DNA from: an uncultured Gammaproteobacteria bacterium
Lineage (GTDB): Bacteria; Patescibacteriota; Microgenomatia; Levybacterales; UBA12049
Assembly (NCBI GenBank): GCA_964497535.1
Contig: CAZCCG010000001.1
Span: 66,688-130,687, forward strand
Length of the DNA: 64,000 nucleotides
Direction of reading: 5' to 3'
Shown: positions 9,807 through 18,955 of the stretch, in pieces
Position numbering within the stretch: position 1 is the first letter of the stretch
How the letters are laid out: every line of letters starts with the position of its first letter
The notes under the pieces: generated by a model
Told to the model about the DNA's origin: nothing
Database searches by the model: none
The model's input: the letters and a program-made list of their open reading frames with translations, nothing else
Program-made: the position numbers and the translations under genes

Positions 9807-12098
9807 ATGAAAATACTTACAGATTTTGTTGTGGCCATTTTACTGGTTTTTATAAAAATTGGTGATGGAGTGCTCTTTTTACTCCGTGGAATCCGTCACA
9901 TACTCGGAGCAATCATCACAGCCCCCCTTCGTCTCTTCAAAAAACCCCTCAAGCCACAAAGAGGACGTCCCCGTAAAGTGAATCCCGGTAAAGTCACCGT
10001 AGTCTGGCAATACAAAAAAAACGAACCTAAAAAACTGAAAAAATCGACTCCCTTTTTCCTTCTTCCCTTTGTCACCAAAATGAAATACTTCGTCTTTGGA
10101 GGTATTTTTTCATTTCTTTTTATCTTTATTCCTGTCCTTGTTATGATCTTCCTCCAAGACTTACCCAGTCCCCGGGAATTGACGCTACGCCAGATTCCTC
10201 AAACTACTAAAATCTATGATCGAAACGACGTGTTGCTCTATCAAATTTACGCATCACAAAACAGAACCATTGTTCCACTCTCAGATATTCCTCTCAACCT
10301 CCAAAATGCTACCATTGCCATTGAAGATAAAGATTTTTACAAACATCCCGGATTTGATGTCTCAGGTATAGCTCGTTCTTTTATTCAGGATGTCACCGGA
10401 AAAGATTTTCAGGGAGGATCCACGATTACTCAGCAGCTAATCAAATCAGCCCTCCTCTCCCCTGAAACCACTGTCTCTCGTAAGTTAAAAGAAGTAGTAT
10501 TGGCATTTGGTGCAGAACGTATTTACAGTAAAAAACAGCTTCTTGAAATGTACTTTAACCAGATCCCCTACGGTGGCACTGCATGGGGAGCCGAAGCAGC
10601 AGCACAAATTTATTTTGATAAAGACGTCAAAGATCTGGATCTGGCAGAGAGTGCATTCTTAGCAGGAATACCCAAAGCTCCCACCGTTTACTCACCGTTT
10701 GGGTCTAACCCAACGCTTTGGAAAATCCGCCAAAAAGATGTACTGGCTCGTATGGTAGAGCTGGGATACGCAACGCGCGAACAAGCCAAGCAAGCAGCTG
10801 CGGAAGAACTTCATTTTAGAAGCCAGCAAATCCCCATCCGAGCACCACATTTTGTTATGTATATCAAAGATTTACTGGTACAAAAGTATGGACTTCCGAT
10901 TGTAGAACGGGGAGGGCTGACCGTCAAAACTTCGCTAGATCTATCTTTGCAGGATAAGGTGCAGCAAATTGTCTCCAATGAGGTAACTCAAGATTCAGGG
11001 TTATTAATCTCAAATGGAGCCGCATTGGTGACAGATCCGAAAAATGGAGACATCCTGGCAATGGTAGGAAGCCGCGATTATTCCTATCCGGGCTTTGGAG
11101 CAGTCAACTTAACGACTTCACTTCGCCAACCTGGTTCTTCCATTAAAATGATTACCTATGCCACAGCTCTTTCACGAGGTTATACTGCGGCAACTATCCT
11201 GGATGATGTCCCAACTTCCTTCCCTGATGGTACCAATACATATGCTCCCGTAAATTATGATGGCAAGTTCCATGGACGAGTCCCCCTTCGCATCGCTTTT
11301 GCCAATTCCTTTAATATTCCTGCAGTTCGCGTCCTCAATCAGGTAGGAATTGGAAACATGGTACAAATGGCACGCGATATGGGAATTACCACATGGGATG
11401 ACCCCAGTAGATTTGGACTATCCTTAACACTGGGTGGAGGAGAAGTAAAAATGATTGATATGGCCACAGCCTATGGCGTTGTTGCCAATGGTGGATATCG
11501 AGTAGATATTAATCCATTACTTAAAATCACCGATTCTAAAGGAACAGTTCTGGAAGAGAAAACCAAAGAGGAGCAAGATCCACCTGTGGCAAAAAATAAC
11601 CCGGCTGCTCGAAAAGTCCTGGATGAAGGTGTCGCCTTTATTATCTCAGACATTTTGGCAGATAATAATGCCAGAACACTCGAATTTGGTCCCAACTCTC
11701 CGCTAAAAGTTCCCAATCACTTTGTTTCGGTTAAAACAGGTACCACCGACTGGAAACGGGATAACTGGACTATTGGATTTACTCCTAATTATCTCACCGC
11801 AGTCTGGGTGGGCAATAATGACAATACCCCCATGAGCCAAAGCCTGGCATCAGGTATTACCGGAGCAGCTCCAATCTGGAATAAGATCATGACAACTGTC
11901 CTGCCAAATGCAGCAGACGAAAAACCCATTCCTCCTTCATATGTTGTACAGAAATATTGCTTTGGCAAAGCGGAATACTTTGTACGAGGGACTGAAAATT
12001 CTGTGAACTGCGCACCAATTCCCGTCAATCCCGGAACACCTGCACCGGGCGCGCAAAATCCTCCTTACGCCGCATACGATCGAAAGCCGAGAATGTAA
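9807..12098 (+). CDS. Class A penicillin-binding protein, paralog 2. The true start may be the internal Met at 10080; the upstream 91 codons encode a basic, AT-hook-like extension.
   Basis: Same GT51 and transpeptidase motifs (EDKDFYKHPGFDVSG, GGSTITQQ, SSIK, KTGTT). Alignment to paralog 1 starts at MKYFVFGG. Confidence 0.85.
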   Translation: MKILTDFVVAILLVFIKIGDGVLFLLRGIRHILGAIITAPLRLFKKPLKPQRGRPRKVNPGKVTVVWQYKKNEPKKLKKSTPFFLLPFVTKMKYFVFGGIFSFLFIFIPVLVMIFLQDLPSPRELTLRQIPQTTKIYDRNDVLLYQIYASQNRTIVPLSDIPLNLQNATIAIEDKDFYKHPGFDVSGIARSFIQDVTGKDFQGGSTITQQLIKSALLSPETTVSRKLKEVVLAFGAERIYSKKQLLEMYFNQIPYGGTAWGAEAAAQIYFDKDVKDLDLAESAFLAGIPKAPTVYSPFGSNPTLWKIRQKDVLARMVELGYATREQAKQAAAEELHFRSQQIPIRAPHFVMYIKDLLVQKYGLPIVERGGLTVKTSLDLSLQDKVQQIVSNEVTQDSGLLISNGAALVTDPKNGDILAMVGSRDYSYPGFGAVNLTTSLRQPGSSIKMITYATALSRGYTAATILDDVPTSFPDGTNTYAPVNYDGKFHGRVPLRIAFANSFNIPAVRVLNQVGIGNMVQMARDMGITTWDDPSRFGLSLTLGGGEVKMIDMATAYGVVANGGYRVDINPLLKITDSKGTVLEEKTKEEQDPPVAKNNPAARKVLDEGVAFIISDILADNNARTLEFGPNSPLKVPNHFVSVKTGTTDWKRDNWTIGFTPNYLTAVWVGNNDNTPMSQSLASGITGAAPIWNKIMTTVLPNAADEKPIPPSYVVQKYCFGKAEYFVRGTENSVNCAPIPVNPGTPAPGAQNPPYAAYDRKPRM

Positions 12099-12254
12099 TC
12101 TTTGATACCAATATCTTTAAGTCAAAAGGTAAAAGGAAAAATTCAAAATTACAATTTAAAATTAAAAAGTGACCAAACTTTTAAATTTTGACTTGAACTT
12201 TTAACCTTTGATTTTTGATTTTTAAATTACTCGAGTTAGCAGTGTATTAGTAGG

Positions 12255-12902
12255 CTAAATTTCCAATGTCTTCTGGAGGAATTCATATTGCTTGTGAGGA
12301 TCTGCTCCAAATAAAAAGCTGGTTGTCACAAATCGTGTCGCTCCGGCTGCGCGTGCCTCAAGTATTGTTTTGTCATTGATACCCCCATCAACTTCAATCG
12401 ACAGCAATTCATGTCGCTCATGAATCTTTTTTACTTTCTCCAAACGGTCTGGCATAAAAGGAGGCCCTGAAAACCCCACTTTCTCTGATGTATAGACGAG
12501 AATCGTATCTAAATCTTCATACGAAACTTCTATCCGTTCCAGAGGCGTCGGGCCATCCAGTGCCAGACCGACCGCCCCATAGCGTTGTGCTTGTGCTACA
12601 AAGGCTGTCTGATCAGGCATTTTCTCCACGTGTCCAATGAACCGTTGAAATCCTGCCTGGGCGAATGACTCAATATACTGCAGGGGATTTTCAACCATCA
12701 TATGTACTTCCAAAAAAAAGTCGTGGCTATATTTTTCAAACGGCTTGGGAAAGGTAAATGTGGTATTGGGAGCAAATTTGCCATCCAGAAGATCAATATG
12801 AAGAGTATGGGCAAACGGCTTGACCAACTCAACTTTCCGTTCAATATCCTCCCATTCCTTTTCCAGTATTCCTGGTATGATTTGTAATTCTAGTGTGTCC
12901 AT
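12255..12902 (-). CDS. rpe: Ribulose-phosphate 3-epimerase.
   Basis: HIDLLDGKFAPN and VDGGIN motifs. 215 aa. Confidence 0.85.
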   Translation of the reverse strand: MDTLELQIIPGILEKEWEDIERKVELVKPFAHTLHIDLLDGKFAPNTTFTFPKPFEKYSHDFFLEVHMMVENPLQYIESFAQAGFQRFIGHVEKMPDQTAFVAQAQRYGAVGLALDGPTPLERIEVSYEDLDTILVYTSEKVGFSGPPFMPDRLEKVKKIHERHELLSIEVDGGINDKTILEARAAGATRFVTTSFLFGADPHKQYEFLQKTLEI

Positions 12903-13012
12903 AAATCAATTTTAAGTTTTCAATTTTCAATTTTCATTCAATTATAAATGTTTCAAGCATTAAATATTTATAATTAAGATTTCATTTCAAATTTTAAATT
13001 TCGAATTTTAAA

Positions 13013-13519
13013 TTAAGATCGCTTTTCGATCTGTTTGATCTTATCTACTCGTCTTTTATGTCGCTCTTCACCGGGGAATGGTTCTTTCAGCCACAGCTCC
13101 ACAGCTTTGAGGGCATCCTCTTCCTTCAAAATCTTTGCTCCCAAGGAAAGCATATTGGCATTATTGTGTTCTCGAGTAAGCTTGATCATCTCAAATGGAT
13201 CATGGCTCGTACGTCCACTTATATCTACATTATGAACGGGAACAACTGGCGTGTAAAATAATGCGCATCGTATATTCCCAAACTTATTCGCAACCATGGC
13301 TTCTCCCTGTCCAGAACTTCCAAATACAATTCCCCGTGAATCTTCCGGATCCTTGGAAACTGATTCTGCTGCCTTACTGATAAAATCAGGATAATCATCA
13401 TTTTTATCAAAGGTAAATGCACCACAATCCACGACATCATATCTCTTTTTTTGTAAAAAAGCTTTTACCTTTTCTTTCAAGTCGAACCCGGCATGATCTG
13501 TTCCTAAATAAACTTTCAT
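13013..13519 (-). CDS. rpiB: Ribose-5-phosphate isomerase B (RpiB/LacAB family).
   Basis: GTDHAGF, GSSGQGEAMVANK and RCAL motifs. 168 aa. Confidence 0.85.
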   Translation of the reverse strand: MKVYLGTDHAGFDLKEKVKAFLQKKRYDVVDCGAFTFDKNDDYPDFISKAAESVSKDPEDSRGIVFGSSGQGEAMVANKFGNIRCALFYTPVVPVHNVDISGRTSHDPFEMIKLTREHNNANMLSLGAKILKEEDALKAVELWLKEPFPGEERHKRRVDKIKQIEKRS

Positions 13520-13553
13520 ATATTTGATCTTTAATTTTTGCTATTTGATACCT

Positions 13554-14336
13554 CTATGAGAAAATGATCTCTTTCAACTTCTTCGTGATTTCAAGCGGAT
13601 TCTTGTGTTGCCAGATGTTGCGTCCGACTGCCATTCCGATGGCACCAGATTCCATGATACTGTACGCCAATTTATAGAACTCTTCCTCCTGCGCTTTTGA
13701 TCCACCGGAGACAACAACCTTTGTTTTTCCTGCTGCTTCAACTGCCCATTTCAATGCTTCCAAACTTCCCGGATATTGGATTTTGACGATGTCGGCACCC
13801 AGTTCCATACCCAATCTTGCACCGTAAGCAGTCAGCTCTTTTTTTCCCTCCGGTGTCTTCCATTTTTCATCAATGGCCTTTCCCCGAGGGTACATCCATG
13901 CCAAAACCGGAATGTTGTTTCGGTGCGCCTCCTCAACAATTCTACCAAGTTCTGATGTCATTTTGTCCTCATGCTCACTACCAACATATACCGTATATCC
14001 TACTCCTAATGCCCCGTAAGAAAGTGCTTCTTCCACAGTACAAAGAAGGGGTGAAAATGGATCAATCTGTGTCACCAGATTTGTCTTGCCGTTGAGTTTT
14101 ACAATCAGAGGAATTCGGTCTTCAATCGGCCCTGCCCACTGTGCTGCCTTATAATATTTCTCCGAAATTCCTTTCTGGAAGATGATTGCGTTATATGCTC
14201 CCTCAACTCCTATTTTGAGAATATACCCCGGATCAATATTCTCATCATTAAAATCAGTGGGACCATGCTCCAACCCCTGATCATATGCCAGAAACAACGC
14301 TTTCCCATTGGTTGTAAGTTTGTCCAAATTAACCAT
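13554..14336 (-). CDS. Class I fructose-bisphosphate aldolase (archaeal-type DhnA/FbaB family).
   Basis: 260-aa TIM-barrel aldolase pattern with KLNG lysine-containing block and VKIQYPG; family call from motif memory. Confidence 0.7.
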   Translation of the reverse strand: MVNLDKLTTNGKALFLAYDQGLEHGPTDFNDENIDPGYILKIGVEGAYNAIIFQKGISEKYYKAAQWAGPIEDRIPLIVKLNGKTNLVTQIDPFSPLLCTVEEALSYGALGVGYTVYVGSEHEDKMTSELGRIVEEAHRNNIPVLAWMYPRGKAIDEKWKTPEGKKELTAYGARLGMELGADIVKIQYPGSLEALKWAVEAAGKTKVVVSGGSKAQEEEFYKLAYSIMESGAIGMAVGRNIWQHKNPLEITKKLKEIIFS

Positions 14337-14406
14337 ATCTATACTCTAACTGAATTATGAGTCATGAATCAAGAATTATGCAACCTTATCCCCATAATTC
14401 ATAATC

Positions 14407-15405
14407 CTAAAAACTTTCCGCCTGAAATTGCGGATGGCTCTTGAGTTTCTTCTCAATCTCTTCATCTGACAAGAGTCCTTTTTGAGCACCAATGTGTTCG
14501 ACTACGGAAGCAGCATTTACTGCCCCCCACTGTCCGGACACTTCAAATGAATTTCCCCGGATCACTGACCCCAAAAATCCCGATGCATAGGCATCACCGG
14601 CACCGGTACGCTCAATACAAGTATCCGGAAATAATCCCACATGGAACGATTGCTGACCATCATATACATACGAGCCTTTTAACCCATCTGTAACTACCAC
14701 AATCTTTGCTCCCATCTCATGCAATTTCTGCAGCAATTGTTTTATATCTTCAGATTCCCCTTGTTCTTTGGGAATTGGAAATTGGAAATTGGAAATTATC
14801 ATAGCTTCTTCTTTGTTGACAAAAAGAATATCTGTCTGTTCAATCACCTTGGAAACCATTTCTCCCATCATTTGCAACTGATAGGTACCAGGGTTAAATG
14901 CCAACTTTATATTCTGACTCTTTTTATACGCAAGTGCTTTTTCATACGGAGCTTCCCACTCTTGCCCCAGGCTGGTGAGGTACATCCAAGCAGAGGTTAC
15001 TCCTTCAAAATGGAAGTTATGAGCACGTTTTACATGCTCAACAAAAAGGGTGCGTTCTCCTTTAAAATTGATACCGATTGCAAATGACGACTGTGCCCCT
15101 TTTGTTTTGATGAGAAGTTCTTCCGATACCAGCTCTTTTGCAAGCCCATTGGTAATTTTCAGTGAAAATTCATCATCCCCAAGTTCTGCAATTAATGCAG
15201 TCCTGAGTCCAATTCGAGCCAGGCCTACGGAGACATTACAAGCATTCCCGCCGAGCAAGAACTCAGCACTCTCGACATGGATTTTTTGTCCATGCTTAAA
15301 ACACAGCTCTCCTGTAGTTTCATCAAGACGCGCATGGGTATCATGGATTGTGAGAAACGAGTCAATAATAGCATTGCCGACAGTAATGCAATCAAAAGAA
15401 GACAT
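14407..15405 (-). CDS. PfkB-family carbohydrate kinase (ribokinase/phosphofructokinase-B-like); start moved to the internal Met MSSFDCITVGN.
   Basis: N-terminal GG glycine motif and C-terminal DTxGAGDAYASGFL PfkB signature. Confidence 0.75.
   Translation of the reverse strand: MSSFDCITVGNAIIDSFLTIHDTHARLDETTGELCFKHGQKIHVESAEFLLGGNACNVSVGLARIGLRTALIAELGDDEFSLKITNGLAKELVSEELLIKTKGAQSSFAIGINFKGERTLFVEHVKRAHNFHFEGVTSAWMYLTSLGQEWEAPYEKALAYKKSQNIKLAFNPGTYQLQMMGEMVSKVIEQTDILFVNKEEAMIISNFQFPIPKEQGESEDIKQLLQKLHEMGAKIVVVTDGLKGSYVYDGQQSFHVGLFPDTCIERTGAGDAYASGFLGSVIRGNSFEVSGQWGAVNAASVVEHIGAQKGLLSDEEIEKKLKSHPQFQAESF
14776..14797. repeat. Second copy of the (GGAAATT)3 22-mer, embedded in the PfkB kinase CDS.
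   Basis: Identical 22 nt to 5891-5912; again encodes NFQFPI on the minus strand. Confidence 0.9.
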
Positions 15406-15495
15406 ACCATTATCATACACGAAGGAGCGTAAAACGAAAAGCGAAAAATGCAAAACAACCACTTATTTTACGTTTTGCTCTTTTAGCTTTACGCT

Positions 15496-16107
15496 TTATT
15501 TCCCGACGATTATTACGGCATCTGTAGAGCCGGTGGATAGGGTGGCTGAGGTCGAACCAACAGTATATTTTGAAGATAAATCAGATTTGAGAATTGTCAG
15601 ATATTTTGCTGCCGCCGGTTTTAACTGAATTACAATATTTTGATACTCATAATTATCTGCATTCCCGGTACCTGAAACCGTATAGCCTAAGCCTTTGAGA
15701 TAATCTGCCATCGTTGATGCAACACCGGCAGTACCACTTCCATTGAGAACCGTAATCGTTACTGCCCTACGGCCGCTTGAATCGGTTGGTTTTACTGCTG
15801 TTTGAGTCGGAGTTGGTTGCCGCACTGCTCGACCGGTAGGAGACAACTGAGCATCAGGGGTAGCGGTCGGCTCAAAAGTCGGAGTAGGCATTTCTGTCGG
15901 AGTAGGAGTAATCACCGCTTTTTTTTCAGATTCTTTTTGAGAATTAAAGTACCAGTTCACTGCAAAGAGTCCTGCTGCGGCAAGGAGAAAAACAGCAATG
16001 AGCAAACCAATAAGTGGACGAAATTTTCTCTGCCTCCTTCGGCTATTAATCTGATTTTGCTCGAAATGAAACCCTGCCTCTTCCATACTGCCCAGAATAT
16101 AGCACAT
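15496..16107 (-). CDS. LytR_C (LytR/CpsA/Psr C-terminal) domain protein with N-terminal TM anchor and Pro/Thr-rich linker.
   Basis: TM helix LIGLLIAVFLLAAAGLFAV, PT-rich linker, then the VTITVLNGSGTAGVASTMADYLKGLGYTV...VIIVGK pattern typical of LytR_C. Confidence 0.55.
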   Translation of the reverse strand: MCYILGSMEEAGFHFEQNQINSRRRQRKFRPLIGLLIAVFLLAAAGLFAVNWYFNSQKESEKKAVITPTPTEMPTPTFEPTATPDAQLSPTGRAVRQPTPTQTAVKPTDSSGRRAVTITVLNGSGTAGVASTMADYLKGLGYTVSGTGNADNYEYQNIVIQLKPAAAKYLTILKSDLSSKYTVGSTSATLSTGSTDAVIIVGK

Positions 16108-16230
16108 CTGCCTACCAGATTCAATGCACCCTATGAAGACGGGATATTAATTATAATAGTTATAAGCGTTATAATTTTTATAACTATTATAACCTGCACT
16201 CCCGTATGTCATGCTATAATACTTGTGTCC

Positions 16231-17925
16231 ATGAAGAAACTGCTCTCGTTCCTATTTTTATTGATCATTGGCATGTGTTCCCTGATTCTCTGCGTCCCTC
16301 AAAGTAACGCTGATGCAATTGATGATTTACAAAAACAAATCAACGACCTTACCTCATCACTCAATCAATCCAAAGCCGCTACTGCACCACTTGAATCTCA
16401 ATTAGTAGCCATGCAAAAACAAATCACTGATATCAAAGCAAATATTGGCGCTATTGAAGATGACATTGCTCAAAAGAAAAAAGACATTGATGAAGGATAC
16501 AAAACCCTTGAAAAACAGCAGCAGATGCTGGGACATGCCATTCGTAACTATTACGTGAAAGAATATTATAATACTCCCCTTCTTACTTTTTTCTCTAACT
16601 CTTCCGCACAAGAAATAACCCAGGCGCTGGCATACCAACGTGCCAGGACAGACGAAGATAAATTGATTATCACCAACTTAGCTCTCTCAATCCAGGATCT
16701 GGAAACAAAAAAGAAGAATTTAGAAAGTGAAGAATCACGACTTCTTGTTATTAAAACATCATTAGACGCACAATCAAAAAAGATGGATGATATTGTCCAA
16801 GGAGCAAAAGCATATCAGGCAAAATTAAGCACTCAAATTGCACAACTGTCTGCCCAACAACAATCATTGATTGCGGCAAAACAAGCCAGTTTAAATATCC
16901 CTCAAAGTGCCTACTCAGGCCAGGGACGATCCTGTGTTGATGACCGAAGCGTTGATCCCGGTTTTTCTCCGGCATTGGCGTTCTTCTCCTATGGTGTTCC
17001 CAACCGTGTTGGACTGAATCAATATGGTGCATGGGGGCGGGCTAAAGCAGGAGAAAACGTAGACCAGATCCTCCAAGATTACTATCCCGGGTTAACCCTG
17101 AAAAAAGATTATGATAGCGGAGCAACAATCAATGTTGATGGCAACGGAACAATGAATATAGAGGACTACACAAAACGAATTTATGAAGTGCCCAATGCGT
17201 GGGGAGATGATGGTGGACAAGAAGCATTAAAAGCACAAGCAGTAGCTGCCCGTTCGTATGGGCTGGCACACAAAAATGGTATCTGTACCACTGAAAGTTG
17301 TCAGGTGTTTAAGCCAGGAGGAACCAAAGGAGGCAATTGGGACGCTGCGGTTGAGGCAACCAAAGGCTGGGTATTGGTTGATGGCAGCGGCAATCCAGTA
17401 AGTACCCAATATTCATCAACTCATGGAGGATTTATCATCAATATTCCGAAATTTGACGGGTCAGGTGGTAATCCAGGCAGCTTTGCAGAACTCAATGAAC
17501 GAGCATATGACAAAATGTCCCCCTGGTTTTATTGTGACTGGGGATCACGACCCGCCTATAACAAAACAGCCTGGCTCAAAGGAGAAGAGGTTGCGGATAT
17601 TGTAAATATTATCATGCTTGCAAAAAATGATAGTAGTCTGGGTGAACATTTTTACCAAACGGATAATCCGCCAGCAGGGAAAGATGTATGGGGACCCGAC
17701 CGCGTACGGTCAGAACTTCGTTCCCGAGGGGGCAATCCTTTTAATTCAATAACAGGAGTTTCGGTAAACGCTGATTTCGGATCAGGAAAAGTAACAAATA
17801 TTACCCTGTCCGGAGATGCGGGAAGTCAGACATTCAGCGGACAGGAATTCAAAGATTGGTTTAACCTTCGTGCTCCTGCCAATGTACAGATTGTCGGCCC
17901 GTTGTATAATGTAGAAAAGCGATAA
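16231..17925 (+). CDS. Secreted coiled-coil protein with C-terminal SpoIID/LytB domain (peptidoglycan hydrolase enhancer-like).
   Basis: Signal peptide MKKLLSFLFLLIIGMCSL, long coiled-coil, then AQAVAARSYGL and CTTESCQVF motifs of SpoIID. Start is the in-frame Met at 16231. Confidence 0.65.
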   Translation: MKKLLSFLFLLIIGMCSLILCVPQSNADAIDDLQKQINDLTSSLNQSKAATAPLESQLVAMQKQITDIKANIGAIEDDIAQKKKDIDEGYKTLEKQQQMLGHAIRNYYVKEYYNTPLLTFFSNSSAQEITQALAYQRARTDEDKLIITNLALSIQDLETKKKNLESEESRLLVIKTSLDAQSKKMDDIVQGAKAYQAKLSTQIAQLSAQQQSLIAAKQASLNIPQSAYSGQGRSCVDDRSVDPGFSPALAFFSYGVPNRVGLNQYGAWGRAKAGENVDQILQDYYPGLTLKKDYDSGATINVDGNGTMNIEDYTKRIYEVPNAWGDDGGQEALKAQAVAARSYGLAHKNGICTTESCQVFKPGGTKGGNWDAAVEATKGWVLVDGSGNPVSTQYSSTHGGFIINIPKFDGSGGNPGSFAELNERAYDKMSPWFYCDWGSRPAYNKTAWLKGEEVADIVNIIMLAKNDSSLGEHFYQTDNPPAGKDVWGPDRVRSELRSRGGNPFNSITGVSVNADFGSGKVTNITLSGDAGSQTFSGQEFKDWFNLRAPANVQIVGPLYNVEKR

Positions 17926-17984
17926 GCTTAAGCTGAGTCTCAATTTTATTTTGACTTTTGCATTTTAACTTTTAAATTTCGTTT

Positions 17985-18734
17985 ATGCCTGATTTATTTA
18001 TACCAAAACCTACACAACAGAGTGATGAGCCCGCCCAGTCGCAAGAGACGCCGGTTTCCGTACCTGCACCTGCTCCCTATGAAGACCCTCAACCGATAGA
18101 AGCTCAATCCGCTCAGACTTCCGGCGAACCTTTTGGGGAAGATATTCCCGGCACACAGAAACCTCCTCACAATCATCCATTTGCCTCGTACTGTGACCAT
18201 CCCTCAAGCATATGGTTTGATACACAGGAACCGGATGAAATAATACTTTTATTACTACGGAAACATATCGTAACAAATATTCCCTGGATTCTCAGTGCTG
18301 TAGCCCTGCTTCTTATTCCGCCGCTTCTGTTCTGGTTTGCTACAGCACAATCGTTCTCCCTGGAATTTTTCGCACTGCTTCCCTCACAATATATCACCAT
18401 AATAGTTCTATTTTATTACCTTATTATGATAGGATTTATCTTGGTCTGTTTTATTACCTGGTATTATACGGTTTGCCTTGTAACACAAAAAAAGGTGGTT
18501 GATATTGATTATTCGGATGTTATTTACCACAATGTTGCCGCAACCAAGATGAATCTGGTCCAGGATGTTGATTACACACAATCGGGTGCCATAAGATCCA
18601 TGTTTAATTATGGGGATGTATTTATTCAGACAGCCAGCAAAAGCCCGAATTTTGACTTTCTGGCAGTACCCAATCCCACGCGAGTAGCACAGATTATTGA
18701 AGGTTTAATTGGCAAACCAGCATCTAATTCATAA
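17985..18734 (+). CDS. Hypothetical membrane protein (Pro-rich N-terminus, bacterial PH-like C-terminal region).
   Basis: 249-aa ORF with two TM helices; no firm family call. Confidence 0.4.
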   Translation: MPDLFIPKPTQQSDEPAQSQETPVSVPAPAPYEDPQPIEAQSAQTSGEPFGEDIPGTQKPPHNHPFASYCDHPSSIWFDTQEPDEIILLLLRKHIVTNIPWILSAVALLLIPPLLFWFATAQSFSLEFFALLPSQYITIIVLFYYLIMIGFILVCFITWYYTVCLVTQKKVVDIDYSDVIYHNVAATKMNLVQDVDYTQSGAIRSMFNYGDVFIQTASKSPNFDFLAVPNPTRVAQIIEGLIGKPASNS

Positions 18735-18955
18735 CTATGTCATTTCTTGCAAATCTTTTTATTTTTCTCAAAATCGGCATTTTGTTGTTGCTTTTCTTAT
18801 ATGCTGCTTTTTCTTTCGTAGTCCTGAATCAATGCCATAGAATGAACCACGTGATACGGGAAAATTACTCATCAAATGTAGTATTTATAACATGTGCTGT
18901 TCATCTTTTTCTTGCTATTTCCCTTTTTCTCCTGGCAGTTGCTATACTATAAGAA

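Noticed and set aside
18737-18952. 71-aa hydrophobic ORF between the two hypothetical membrane proteins.
   Set aside because: Possibly a real small membrane protein, but it is very AT- and Leu/Phe-rich (as expected by chance in this composition) and has no RBS, so it was not reported as a feature.
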